Source of the DNA: an uncultured Chromatiales bacterium
GTDB lineage: Bacteria; Bacteroidota; Ignavibacteria; SZUA-365
NCBI GenBank assembly: GCA_964635845.1
Contig: CAZWNO010000009.1
Location: 1,622 to 65,621, forward strand
Direction of reading: 5' to 3'
DNA: 64,000 nucleotides
The notes under the pieces are model-generated. The model searched no databases and was not told where the DNA came from. It worked only from the letters and a program-made list of their open reading frames with translations. Position 1 is the first letter of the stretch. Every line of letters starts with the position of its first letter. Both the position numbers and the translations under genes were made by a program. Of the stretch, positions 37,653 to 47,145 are shown one piece after another.

Positions 37653-39410
37653 ATGAGAAAACGATTTTCCGTCTTCCGACCGCCGGGTCTGACAGTTCCG
37701 TCGGCCGCGATGACGGGCGCTGGAATCGGTGAGCGATGGCTGTGGCTTTTCATGCTGCTCGCCTTTGCGGACGTAGCCCGTGCGCAGGTCGAGAGGGATT
37801 GGCTGCCGACAGCGGCGCAATCCGCCGATCACACGCAGATCCTCGAGTGGCAGACGGTCACGCATATCGCACACCCAGGACTCTCGAAATGGTGTCTCGC
37901 ACTCGGGGACATCGATGCCGACGGCTTCGACGATTTCGCGATGGGTTCGGAGTATGACACGACATTCATCTTCCGGGGAGGCGATCCCTTCGATCACGAG
38001 CCCGCGTTTTTTCTCTCCGGCGGATCGAGCGGACTGGCATGCGCGGATTTCAACGGCGACGGAAGGAAGGATCTCGTCACCGGTGTCGCCATGACAAACC
38101 GGGATCTGGATCCTGAGACACGCGGGCGGATCTTTATGTATTTCGGGAAGGACACAGCCCCATTCCTTGGACCAGATCCGGACCTCGTGATTCGGGGGGA
38201 TACGACGCAGTATTGGGGTTCGGCGAGTTTTCCCGAAGGCGGGGATCATCGCAGCGGTTTCCAAGTGCTAGATTTCAACGGGGACGGCTATGATGATCTA
38301 CTCACGCAGACACGTACCGGTCGACTTCCATTGATGTATTACCCGATCATCTTTTTCGGTGGTCCGGATATCGACACCATCCCCGATGTCGAAATTCTCG
38401 CGGTTGATCGTGGCAGCAGCAACCGTTTCCCGATGGATATTCTGATCGGTGACTTGAATGGTGACGGATGCGACGATATCCTGTTGGAAGGCAGCTATCT
38501 CGAAACAGGCTCTCGTGTCAATTACTGGGATCTGTTTCTCGGCAACCGTTCGGCGATGGCGTCGCTCCCAGACAGGACACTGCGCTCGGACATCGGTTGG
38601 AGCCCTGCGAGATCCGGACTCTCAGCGGTATTTGATGTCAACGGCGATGGGATCGACGACATCGTCGATGCCGCCGTCCACAGGGAATATGGCGATCCCC
38701 TGGTTTTTCTGGGTTCGCGTGAGCTGCCTGAAAACATCGAACCGAACGATTCCATCCCGAATCCCTGGCCGACGCTGGGTGGCATCGTCGGTGCATGGAG
38801 CATCAATCCCGTCGGCGACATGAACGGTGACGGCACGCGCGATCTGCTCATCAGTTGGGCCACCTATTTCATGCGCGACGGAAGTCTGTATTACCTGTAC
38901 CCCATGCGACCGGGCGGACTCGTGCGCGAACATACCGGGCATATCGGCATGATCGAATCGGAGGATCACGTGGTCGATGGAGCATTTGATATCGGCGATG
39001 TCAACGGCGACGGTTACGATGACTTCGCGGTCCGCGGCCGAGGTTTATCGGAGCCGCCAACGATAGGATGGCAGCGTATGCGGCGATTCATAATCTGCCT
39101 TGGCGCTGACAACCTGCGAACCGATGTTCTGCCACTCGCTTTGTCATCGACGTTTGAAATGCAACTGTATCCGAACCCCGTATTCGGCGGCACCGCCACG
39201 GTGAATCTGCGAACGCACGGCGTCACACCAGGACAGGTCACGATAGAGATCATCGACGCGCTTGGCCGTGTCGTATCGCGGCAGGAGGAACTGATCCCAG
39301 CGACAACCGCCGATTTATCCGTATCGGTTTCCGGACTCCGTCCGGGTAACTACCACGTATTCCTGCGTCGGGGAAACGCCGTGACGCAGTCGGTGCTCAC
39401 CATTTTATAA
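37653..39410 (+). CDS. FG-GAP/VCBS-repeat beta-propeller protein with T9SS C-terminal sorting domain
   Basis: ORF from 37620. Start taken at MRKRFSVF, which is preceded by AGGAGG. Repeated DxDxDGxxD FG-GAP-like motifs (GDIDADGFDD, FNGDGRKDL, FNGDGYDDL, NGDGCDD, NGDGIDD, NGDGTRD, NGDGYDD). C-terminal LYPNPVFGG...LTIL CTD. Confidence 0.6.
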   Translation: MRKRFSVFRPPGLTVPSAAMTGAGIGERWLWLFMLLAFADVARAQVERDWLPTAAQSADHTQILEWQTVTHIAHPGLSKWCLALGDIDADGFDDFAMGSEYDTTFIFRGGDPFDHEPAFFLSGGSSGLACADFNGDGRKDLVTGVAMTNRDLDPETRGRIFMYFGKDTAPFLGPDPDLVIRGDTTQYWGSASFPEGGDHRSGFQVLDFNGDGYDDLLTQTRTGRLPLMYYPIIFFGGPDIDTIPDVEILAVDRGSSNRFPMDILIGDLNGDGCDDILLEGSYLETGSRVNYWDLFLGNRSAMASLPDRTLRSDIGWSPARSGLSAVFDVNGDGIDDIVDAAVHREYGDPLVFLGSRELPENIEPNDSIPNPWPTLGGIVGAWSINPVGDMNGDGTRDLLISWATYFMRDGSLYYLYPMRPGGLVREHTGHIGMIESEDHVVDGAFDIGDVNGDGYDDFAVRGRGLSEPPTIGWQRMRRFIICLGADNLRTDVLPLALSSTFEMQLYPNPVFGGTATVNLRTHGVTPGQVTIEIIDALGRVVSRQEELIPATTADLSVSVSGLRPGNYHVFLRRGNAVTQSVLTIL

Positions 39411-39429
39411 ACGTACCTCGGGAGGTTTT

Positions 39430-39609
39430 ATGAAGCACACCATCTTCCTTTTTCTGCTCTGCTGCTGCACGGCTCAGGCCCAGGATCCGGAATTCTGGAT
39501 CGGGTCCTGGGGTGTCACACCCCAATGGGATGCCACCGTACGCAATGTCTGGCCGGTCCGCGGCATGTTGAACCCATTAATCCTACCCCCCCCCCGATCA
39601 AGGCGCTGA
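39430..39609 (+). other. Orphan 59-aa signal-peptide ORF; probably the displaced N-terminus of the downstream 1299-aa gene
   Basis: GGAGG then ATG. MKHTIFLFLLCCCTAQAQ signal peptide. Reading continues through the C10 tract and stops at 39607-39609. The downstream gene's reading frame is open (no stop) from 39581 with no start codon until GTG 39782. Confidence 0.55.
39586..39595. repeat. Homopolymeric C10 tract at the junction of two out-of-frame ORF segments
   Basis: tcctaCCCCCCCCCCgatca. Removing 1 C (or adding 2) fuses the signal-peptide ORF to the 1299-aa ORF. Confidence 0.8.
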
Positions 39610-39781
39610 AGCCCGCACTCTCCTGAACTGTCTCTCCGACAGCATCCTACCGCATGCTAATTGGCTCGGGCTCAATCTCGTCGGCTTCACCGTTCGCGCC
39701 GATGAGGATCCACTGAATCTCTTTCATGGCGACCATGTCATTCCGGATGAGAATTTCTGGAATAACAATGCGGTCGATGAG

Positions 39782-42700
39782 GTGTGCCGCAGCGCGGATC
39801 CTCTCGATCTGCAAGTCCTCGTCCGTGACGCACAATTGAGCAGGCGGTTCATGGGAGAACGGATAATACTGCATCCTGAATCGAGCGATGACTTCACAAC
39901 GGATGGCGGATACGATCCGGATGATCCCACCGAATTCCGACAATTCGTTCACGATCCCAGCCCCTTCACGACGACACTGAGACAGCGCACCGGCGGCTTC
40001 AACTCCATTTACATGTCCGGCAATTCGGGCACGGTCAGTGGTATGACGCTCGAGCGTCTTCAGGAGATGTCGGCGTATCGCGACGGAGATACGGAGGACC
40101 CGAACCGCCTCTCCGGTCTGTACCAGGTTTCCGTGATCATTCTGCCGCGGTACGACACGGGCTATCCCCTGCCTAACGACGATGCAACGCATGTACTCAA
40201 TGTGCGGTTCAGGTATACCTATCCAATCACTGGTGCGACCGTGTACCTCAACTGTCCCTTGGAGGGCCGGCAGTTATGGGAAGGCGATCCCGGTGCGAGG
40301 ACGCGCCGAACGGGTGTGCAGGAGATCGTCATCGGTCAGGTCGAAGTGCAACAGACCGACGGTCGTCAAGGAGGCGACGTGATTTTCGTCGACCAGGGCG
40401 ATCTTGTCAATCACGGAGGGTGGACAAGAACAGGAATGGACGATGTGCGCGGCCCGCGCCGTCTTCGGGAGCACGGGGAGTTTCATCTCCAGGAAATCCG
40501 TGGCGATTTCGACGTTCAGATTTTCTATGGCGACGATGACGTCCATCTCTGGTTGGATGCGGTATGTCTCACGAATCCCGCGACCTTCGGGCTCTGGCAT
40601 CCGGACAATCCGGGCACCCTACCCGTCCATACCGGATATCGTGCCGCGATGGACAACCGCATGGCTTTCCTGTTGCGCAACAATGATCCGAATCTCGCCG
40701 GTGTCGGCGGCATACCTGGATTGCGGTTCGTCATGGGCGAGGAACAGGTATTCAACAACGGGACGTACTGGACCACGTTTCTCCTGAGTCGCCTGATCGC
40801 GGATGAGACGGATGACCATGTGCAGATGTTTTCCACTTACGGCTCATGGACGAACACGGAGCTGACTCCTGTACTCGCAGCCGAGATGATCACCGGACCG
40901 TACAATTATCCTCTCCTCACCGATCATCCGCGTCCGACCCTGCAGGGAATGACTGCACAGAACTACCTCACACCGCTCTATGATGTGAACACCTGGCCGG
41001 ACGGTTTTCGCGGCATGTGGGGTTTGTTCCTCGCCAATATGCATACGAGGTCACTTTTCGCACCTGATCAGCCTTGGATCCCGTTCATCCAGAATCACAC
41101 GAATCTCGCTGTAACCAATCCTCCAGCGGGCTGGTGGGATGGAGTCCCGAACCGTGAGCCTTCGGCTTCCGAGCTGCGCTTCGAATGCAATACCGCGCTG
41201 GCATTTGGGGCAAGCGGTGTGCTGTTCTATGCCTTCTCGAGCATTCCGTACATGCCCGATCAACCGACAATACCACCAACCGTTTTCGCTGCCGACCGCA
41301 TCCTGCCGAATCCCGCGGCAGGTGTCGATTGGTTCGATCCCATTGACATGAATGCTGGAACAATGGGATTCCTGGGGAGCGAAGGCGTGGAGGACGTCCG
41401 GAGAATTCTGGACTGGAATGGCGAAAATAAATGGGATTCGACGCAGGCCTATATCCACGATTTTCTTGAACCGGTCGGATCCTATATATCGCAGCATTTA
41501 CGCTGGCAGACGGGACTGCAGTGGTATTGCCGTGGTGATGCCGATGCCGGATCTTGCGATCTCGTGTCCATGATTGTCAGTCGCAGGCAGGATATCCCGG
41601 ACGGCATCGATCCCCAGGAGCAGACCTTTGTCATGGTCAGCGAATTCGAACGCAACGCCGCATCCCCTCCACCGGAGAGTTCTCCTGCGAGTCGTTTTCT
41701 GTTCGTCGTGAACGGCAACACATTTGACGGTCCCCTCCATGCAGGTGTTGAGGCCGTCGGACAACGGCACATCACTGTCAAGCTGGGCACCGATGGCGGA
41801 CTTGTCGATGAATGGCGCGTGACGAATGTACTGTCCGGCGATATCCATGTCGTGCGGGCGAGCGACGCACCAGACGAAACTTCGTACGCGAACGGTTTCA
41901 CCGAGTACTTCGCGCCCGGGGCTGCGGCACTGTATCGGTTGGATCCCATGGTCGGCGAGACGATCGACTTCAATCCGGTCGTCGATCCTCCGCCACCCTG
42001 TCCGATGCGCTCCATCTACATTGAACCAGCGGCGATGCTGCGCCTGAAATCCACGGATGACGTTTCGTTCGGCTTGGGAAAAGGACTATTCTGTGATGGA
42101 ACACTGATCGCGGATCACAGCACATTCCGATCCTGCGATCTTGAGGTGCAGTGGGATGGGATCATTGCACGTAATGGCGGTTCGGTGTCACTCGAGGGAG
42201 CGACGCTGTACAATGCGGGAGTGGTCGCAGGCTCGGGAGGCTCGGTCACGCTCGACGAGAGTTGCGCGATCCACGGTGCGAACGTCGCGATGTTCAATTG
42301 TGATGCTACCCTTACCAGCACCGCGACGCAATCCACCAGCGTCTACTATCATCTTTCGTCCGTCGGGTACGGGTGTTCGAACCTGCAATACGATATCGCG
42401 ACAGGCAACGGGCTCCACGGATCCACGGCAATTATTACCGCATTTACGACCGACCCGTATCCGGTGCAAATCGATGAATGCACGTTCTCCGGTTTCTGGC
42501 GGGGTGTACACGCGTACGAGAGTGTGGTCCGCGGCGATGTCGATTGGACATTCCCTCCTGATTGTGGAAACAACAGCATCCGATGCAAGGCTATCGGCCT
42601 ACACGCGCTCGAGAACAGCCTGATTGATCTCGGTGATGGCACATACGATTTCATGCCGGAATCCTACAATGAAATCATTTATTCGGATCCGCAGGGATTC

Positions 42701-43681
42701 AGTGCGGTGACGGATGCCACCTCCGGGATTGACGCCGTCTGGAACTGGTGGGAACCCACCCTGCGCTACAGCGGAAATCTGGGGTATGATCCGACCTGCA
42801 TCTTAGATCCCATACCATTGACTAGATCGGGCGGTGAAACGGTTAATTCCCCACAGCAGCTGGTCGCGTATACTCCTCCTCCTCCGCCCGGCATCCGCGG
42901 TCAGGTAAAAGCCGCGCTTCGGCAGCATGATCACGGGGCCGCGCGACACATCATCGGGCAGTTCCTGCAGTCATCTGCCGCCCTTGACGCGGATTTCAAA
43001 ATGTTGCGGTTCATCCACGGAGCGCTGCGGTTCATCGCCGCACCCGCCGCGATCGACAGTCTTCTCACGCTCTGTCTGGCGCGATCGGATCTCGATTCCA
43101 AGCTGCTCGCCGCCGACATCGCGGCAGCGGACAGTCTCTACGTCGATGCGCTCGCGGTGCTCAACGCCTACAGCTTCGCCGGTTCACCGGCATTGCTCAA
43201 GCGCGCGCTGATCCGCAAGTCGCTTCTCTATCCGCGGGCGAAACAAGGCGGATATCGAGACGGCGTGCTTGCGCTCGATTCGCTTCGCGGAATGAACGAC
43301 AGCCTGCTGCTGCGTTTCATCGATCTCTATCCGCTCCTGTACAGCCGACTCTCCCGTCCGCTATCCTCATCGATCCCGAAACGAGCGGCGCAGCCCCTGA
43401 TCGAGAGGGCGCTCCCCGTGGGCATCGAGGTCTGGCCGAACTACCCGAATCCCTTCACCGATGTCACCTCCTTCACATTCAAGCTCGGGGAGGCGACGCA
43501 CGTGCGGCTCGCGATCTACGATGCGATGGGCAGGGAAGTGGCGGTGGTCACGAACGCGGATTACGACCGTGGTGTGCATTCGGCGGTGCTGCGCGCGGGC
43601 GCGCTGCCGAGCGGACTGTATTTCTCCCGCCTCACCACGGATAAAGGAGTAACACAGCGGAAGATGATGTTGATGCGGTGA
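39782..43681 (+). CDS. Very large secreted protein (probable beta-helix/adhesin-like) with T9SS C-terminal sorting domain; N-terminus apparently frameshifted
   Basis: 1299 aa from a GTG start with no signal peptide of its own. Gly/Ser/Thr/Asn-rich repeat region (…ATLYNAGVVAGSGGSVTLDESCAIHGANVAMFNCDATLTSTATQ…) suggests a parallel beta-helix. C-terminal VWPNYPNPFTDVT...KMMLMR CTD. Confidence 0.65.
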   Translation: MCRSADPLDLQVLVRDAQLSRRFMGERIILHPESSDDFTTDGGYDPDDPTEFRQFVHDPSPFTTTLRQRTGGFNSIYMSGNSGTVSGMTLERLQEMSAYRDGDTEDPNRLSGLYQVSVIILPRYDTGYPLPNDDATHVLNVRFRYTYPITGATVYLNCPLEGRQLWEGDPGARTRRTGVQEIVIGQVEVQQTDGRQGGDVIFVDQGDLVNHGGWTRTGMDDVRGPRRLREHGEFHLQEIRGDFDVQIFYGDDDVHLWLDAVCLTNPATFGLWHPDNPGTLPVHTGYRAAMDNRMAFLLRNNDPNLAGVGGIPGLRFVMGEEQVFNNGTYWTTFLLSRLIADETDDHVQMFSTYGSWTNTELTPVLAAEMITGPYNYPLLTDHPRPTLQGMTAQNYLTPLYDVNTWPDGFRGMWGLFLANMHTRSLFAPDQPWIPFIQNHTNLAVTNPPAGWWDGVPNREPSASELRFECNTALAFGASGVLFYAFSSIPYMPDQPTIPPTVFAADRILPNPAAGVDWFDPIDMNAGTMGFLGSEGVEDVRRILDWNGENKWDSTQAYIHDFLEPVGSYISQHLRWQTGLQWYCRGDADAGSCDLVSMIVSRRQDIPDGIDPQEQTFVMVSEFERNAASPPPESSPASRFLFVVNGNTFDGPLHAGVEAVGQRHITVKLGTDGGLVDEWRVTNVLSGDIHVVRASDAPDETSYANGFTEYFAPGAAALYRLDPMVGETIDFNPVVDPPPPCPMRSIYIEPAAMLRLKSTDDVSFGLGKGLFCDGTLIADHSTFRSCDLEVQWDGIIARNGGSVSLEGATLYNAGVVAGSGGSVTLDESCAIHGANVAMFNCDATLTSTATQSTSVYYHLSSVGYGCSNLQYDIATGNGLHGSTAIITAFTTDPYPVQIDECTFSGFWRGVHAYESVVRGDVDWTFPPDCGNNSIRCKAIGLHALENSLIDLGDGTYDFMPESYNEIIYSDPQGFSAVTDATSGIDAVWNWWEPTLRYSGNLGYDPTCILDPIPLTRSGGETVNSPQQLVAYTPPPPPGIRGQVKAALRQHDHGAARHIIGQFLQSSAALDADFKMLRFIHGALRFIAAPAAIDSLLTLCLARSDLDSKLLAADIAAADSLYVDALAVLNAYSFAGSPALLKRALIRKSLLYPRAKQGGYRDGVLALDSLRGMNDSLLLRFIDLYPLLYSRLSRPLSSSIPKRAAQPLIERALPVGIEVWPNYPNPFTDVTSFTFKLGEATHVRLAIYDAMGREVAVVTNADYDRGVHSAVLRAGALPSGLYFSRLTTDKGVTQRKMMLMR

Positions 43682-43870
43682 GGACTTCCGCTCCAGTTTA
43701 CATGTTCGTCCGGTTATTATTTTCGTCCAGTACGACGCTGAGCCCGGTGCATCGCCGATGCGCTGGGCTCTCGATGTAAACCGCACGACGTGGCAGCGGG
43801 CAAGAGCGCCCCCACCGTCTGTTGTCTGTCGGAAGCGTGAAAAACTACGGGCGGTACTCGCCTACTCCGA

Positions 43871-45070
43871 CTACTCGATCACCGTCAGTTTTCCTGTGCG
43901 GAATTCGGCGCCGCTTGAGAGGCGATAGATGTAGAAACCGGGCTCGAGGGTTGAGGGAGAGTACTCCGCGGCATGCGTGCCCGGGGGAAGGTCGGTGTCG
44001 AGCACGGTGGCGACGCGGCGTCCGAGCACGTCGAAGAGTTCGAGTCGGACGCTGCCCTGTGCCGCGAGGGAGAAGCTGAAATGCACTCGGGCGGTTCGGA
44101 GAACAGGATTCGGATAGCTCTGACCGAGTTCGATGCTCACGGGAGACGGCGTGGGTGCCACGCCGGTGACAAAGGGATTGAACAGGCGATCGACCCATAC
44201 GCTGTCGTCGCAGGCCTCGAGACGCACGCGTATGTACAGATTTTCCATGATCACGGCCTTGGTCCGCCGCGTGATACGGTGCTCGTCGTATTCGCGCTGG
44301 ATGAATCCGGCGAAGCGCTGGTACATGGGCACGAGTTCGGCGGTCCCGCCGAGCCGGTAGAAGACACCGCCGCTCTCCTTGCAGAGCCTGCGCAACTGCG
44401 TTTCGTCGATGGACGCGCCCAGAGCGACGATGAATACACGCACGCCGTGCCGGTGCGCATCCTCGATCAGATCATCGATATGCACGCTGCTGCTGTTGTC
44501 GTTGCCGGTGGTGAAGGCCAGCACGGCCTGCACGCGCGCAGTACCCGAAGTGTAGAGTGTCGTGATGCCCGAGCTGATGCCGTCATACAGCGCGCGCCTT
44601 CCACTCACACTCATGGCGTCAACGGCGCCGCGCAGCTCGCCACGGTCATTGCTGAGAAAGGTTCGAATCGTCGGACGGTCATCGAAGGAGACGATCGCTG
44701 CGTAGTCGCAGGTCTTGGACATGGTATCGATGAAGGCGCGCCCCGCCTCGATCACTGTCGGAAGGTCCGCTCCCACGGTGCTCGAATTGTCGAATGCCAG
44801 CACGAGTTCGTAGCAGGAATTTCTTTCCCGCGACGCCAGTCGGTCGATCTGGAAATCGTTGGTGTCGACGCGTCCGATCTGCTCCTCGTAGATCAACTGC
44901 CGCCTGTCCAGCTCATAAATCACGCTGTCGCCGCAGTACGTGGCGAAGTACAGCTGGTAGTAGTAGTAGTCCGGCGTGTTGGACTTCAGCAGCCGAAGTT
45001 CGAGGCGCGGCTGAGCGGATACGCCCGCGGCGGTGATGAGGAGGATCAGGAAGAAGAACATTCGTTTCAT
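43871..45070 (-). CDS. vWA domain protein with T9SS C-terminal sorting domain
   Basis: 399 aa. Signal peptide MKRMFFFLILLITAAGVSAQ. vWA (LAFDNSSTV MIDAS). C-terminal QSYPNPVLRTA...LTVIE. Confidence 0.65.
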   Translation of the reverse strand: MKRMFFFLILLITAAGVSAQPRLELRLLKSNTPDYYYYQLYFATYCGDSVIYELDRRQLIYEEQIGRVDTNDFQIDRLASRERNSCYELVLAFDNSSTVGADLPTVIEAGRAFIDTMSKTCDYAAIVSFDDRPTIRTFLSNDRGELRGAVDAMSVSGRRALYDGISSGITTLYTSGTARVQAVLAFTTGNDNSSSVHIDDLIEDAHRHGVRVFIVALGASIDETQLRRLCKESGGVFYRLGGTAELVPMYQRFAGFIQREYDEHRITRRTKAVIMENLYIRVRLEACDDSVWVDRLFNPFVTGVAPTPSPVSIELGQSYPNPVLRTARVHFSFSLAAQGSVRLELFDVLGRRVATVLDTDLPPGTHAAEYSPSTLEPGFYIYRLSSGAEFRTGKLTVIE

Positions 45071-45091
45071 GGTGTCAGCTCCTTGGTTCCG

Positions 45092-45862
45092 TCACGGGAA
45101 CAGCGGAGACGATACGTACCAGGGGTACGGGATGTTGTAGCGGTTCTGGTCGCCTCGCACGTTGATGATGAAGATGGTGGCGAGGTAATCCGGTGACGAT
45201 TGGAATTGCGGCACGGTCGACTGATCGAGACGGATCATGACGTTCGACCCGGCGGCGGAAAATTTATACTGCGGCGGCACGGTGTTCAGGTCTCCCTGCA
45301 CGAACGCATAGAGACTCTGCTCGCCTGCCCCGACCACGGCCTCGCCCTGGTCGAAGCGCCTGTTCTCATTGTCGTCATGGTACACGACGATCATGGCCAC
45401 GGCGAGCCGCGCGCAGCTGAAATCGCGGAAATATCCGGGCGGGATTTCCGCCTTGAACGGCAGGCCTGTCGCGGGAATATCGAGGAAGTTGGCGGAGACC
45501 GAGTAGATATCCATCCATGGAAGTCTGTTCGAATCGGGGATTCCGCTCGAATCCGGCGGGACGCAGATGAGGCTGACGCGGAGTCCGCTGCCGGAAAAGC
45601 GCTTCAACGGAAAGAGGAAGGTGTCCACGATGGCCTCAAATCGAATGATGGTATCGATGCGCGCCGTATCGCCGCGCCATTCGGCGTCGCACTTCACCGG
45701 AGGAATCACGATGCCACCATCATCGTCGGGGGGAGAACAGGATGCGGCGAGCACGGCGAGCAGGACGAGAGCGGCGCTGAGCAGCGCTCCCGTGGAAAAA
45801 TCGCGGCGGCGGAGAAATCGCCTGCCGCCGCGTGTTCCGTACGCATGTGTCTCTTTTCTCAA
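45092..45862 (-). CDS. Hypothetical lipoprotein
   Basis: Lipobox LLAVLAASC. 256 aa. No recognised domain. Confidence 0.45.
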   Translation of the reverse strand: MRKETHAYGTRGGRRFLRRRDFSTGALLSAALVLLAVLAASCSPPDDDGGIVIPPVKCDAEWRGDTARIDTIIRFEAIVDTFLFPLKRFSGSGLRVSLICVPPDSSGIPDSNRLPWMDIYSVSANFLDIPATGLPFKAEIPPGYFRDFSCARLAVAMIVVYHDDNENRRFDQGEAVVGAGEQSLYAFVQGDLNTVPPQYKFSAAGSNVMIRLDQSTVPQFQSSPDYLATIFIINVRGDQNRYNIPYPWYVSSPLFP

Positions 45863-45870
45863 CGGAACGT

Positions 45871-47145
45871 TCAGAATCGGTAACGGATGCCGTATGATAT
45901 GCCGAGGCTGTGACTGGTGAAGAGATTGTCCTTGTACTGGTATGCGAGAAGCGCGCCGTTGGCGCCGATGAGCATGCTGAAACGCTCGAGCGGGTCGAAG
46001 CGCAGGGCCAGGCGGGCGCCGAAGACGGGACCATAATCGCAGCCGCCGAGCTGCAGTGTGAGTTCGGGCGTGACGCCGGGCAGCAGCGGCTGCGAGAAAC
46101 GGTAGAAGCCGGCGCCGTAGAACAGCGCGGGCTGCCGCTGGAAGAGGAAGAGCGAGTCGTTCTCGACGCGGTAGTACTCCATCGCGAAGGACTTCTCGCC
46201 TGCCGTGATGCCGGCCGTGTGATGGTCGTCGAACACGTATCCGACCGATGCGGCGAACTGCTGCTGCGCGCGATCCACGCCGATGCGGCCGTAGTCAATA
46301 TACGGGTAGGTCGTCAGATGTTCACGCTGAACCTCGACCTCGAAACGTCCGGGCAAGGATACCGGCGCCGGAATCGTACGCTGTTCGATGATCGTGATCG
46401 GCCGTTGATCGGGCACGGTCTGCATGAGCGCGACGAATACCGTGTCGAAGCGCTCGATGACGCGCGGCTCGTCCTTTGCTGCGAGCACCGGCGCGGCTTC
46501 CTTCCGGGGAATGAAGACCGTGTCCACGCGCGTCACGTACACATCGCGATACACGATGCGCGGAGCGGTCTGCGCAACAGCGCGAGGATCGGAGGGAGTC
46601 GCCGGACCGGTCGGATCGGTGGTGGCGGGGACAGCCGTACCCGGTGAATCCGCAGGTGACGGAGGATTCTGTTGTGCCGCGGGATCCACTCGGTCCGGTA
46701 CAGGGGTAATGGCATCGTTCAGGAAGTAGCCGCCCGTAAACAGTGAAAGCCCCAGAAGGATAGCCGTAAGAGTGCGGCCTGCCGTCCAGAATGCGGCTCC
46801 GCCCGCGGCAGCTGCTCCCGCCCCTGTCGTCCCTCCCGCGCCGATTGTTCCAAGCGTCCCGGCGGCACCGAGAGTACCTCCCGCAGCCGCTCCCACGGAG
46901 GCAGCTCCGCCGGCAGCTCCGCCGGCAGCTCCGATCACTCCGGCTGCGCCCAGTATGGCCGCATCCAGTTGCGATGGCACCGAAGAGCTGCGCGCACTGG
47001 AGACGAACGCCGCCCTGACGCCCTGGTACGAATGGAGCAGCGCGCGTTTTTCGGGCGAAACCGAGAGGATGTGGAGAAACTCCGTCTCCTCCTGCGGCGT
47101 GAGCGCGCCGTCCATGAAAGCCGATATCTGTTCTTCGAAGTTCAT
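45871..47145 (-). CDS. RseA-like anti-sigma factor (N-terminal RseA_N-type sigma-binding domain, Gly/Ala low-complexity, one TM, Pro-rich linker, C-terminal beta-rich domain)
   Basis: N-terminus ISAFMDGALTPQEETEFLHILSVSPEKRALLHSYQ resembles RseA_N (LSALMDGE...W..Y.LI). TM helix LTAILLGLSLFTGGYFL. C-terminus ends YGIRYRF (barrel-like). 4-bp ATGA overlap with the sigma gene. Confidence 0.6.
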   Translation of the reverse strand: MNFEEQISAFMDGALTPQEETEFLHILSVSPEKRALLHSYQGVRAAFVSSARSSSVPSQLDAAILGAAGVIGAAGGAAGGAASVGAAAGGTLGAAGTLGTIGAGGTTGAGAAAAGGAAFWTAGRTLTAILLGLSLFTGGYFLNDAITPVPDRVDPAAQQNPPSPADSPGTAVPATTDPTGPATPSDPRAVAQTAPRIVYRDVYVTRVDTVFIPRKEAAPVLAAKDEPRVIERFDTVFVALMQTVPDQRPITIIEQRTIPAPVSLPGRFEVEVQREHLTTYPYIDYGRIGVDRAQQQFAASVGYVFDDHHTAGITAGEKSFAMEYYRVENDSLFLFQRQPALFYGAGFYRFSQPLLPGVTPELTLQLGGCDYGPVFGARLALRFDPLERFSMLIGANGALLAYQYKDNLFTSHSLGISYGIRYRF

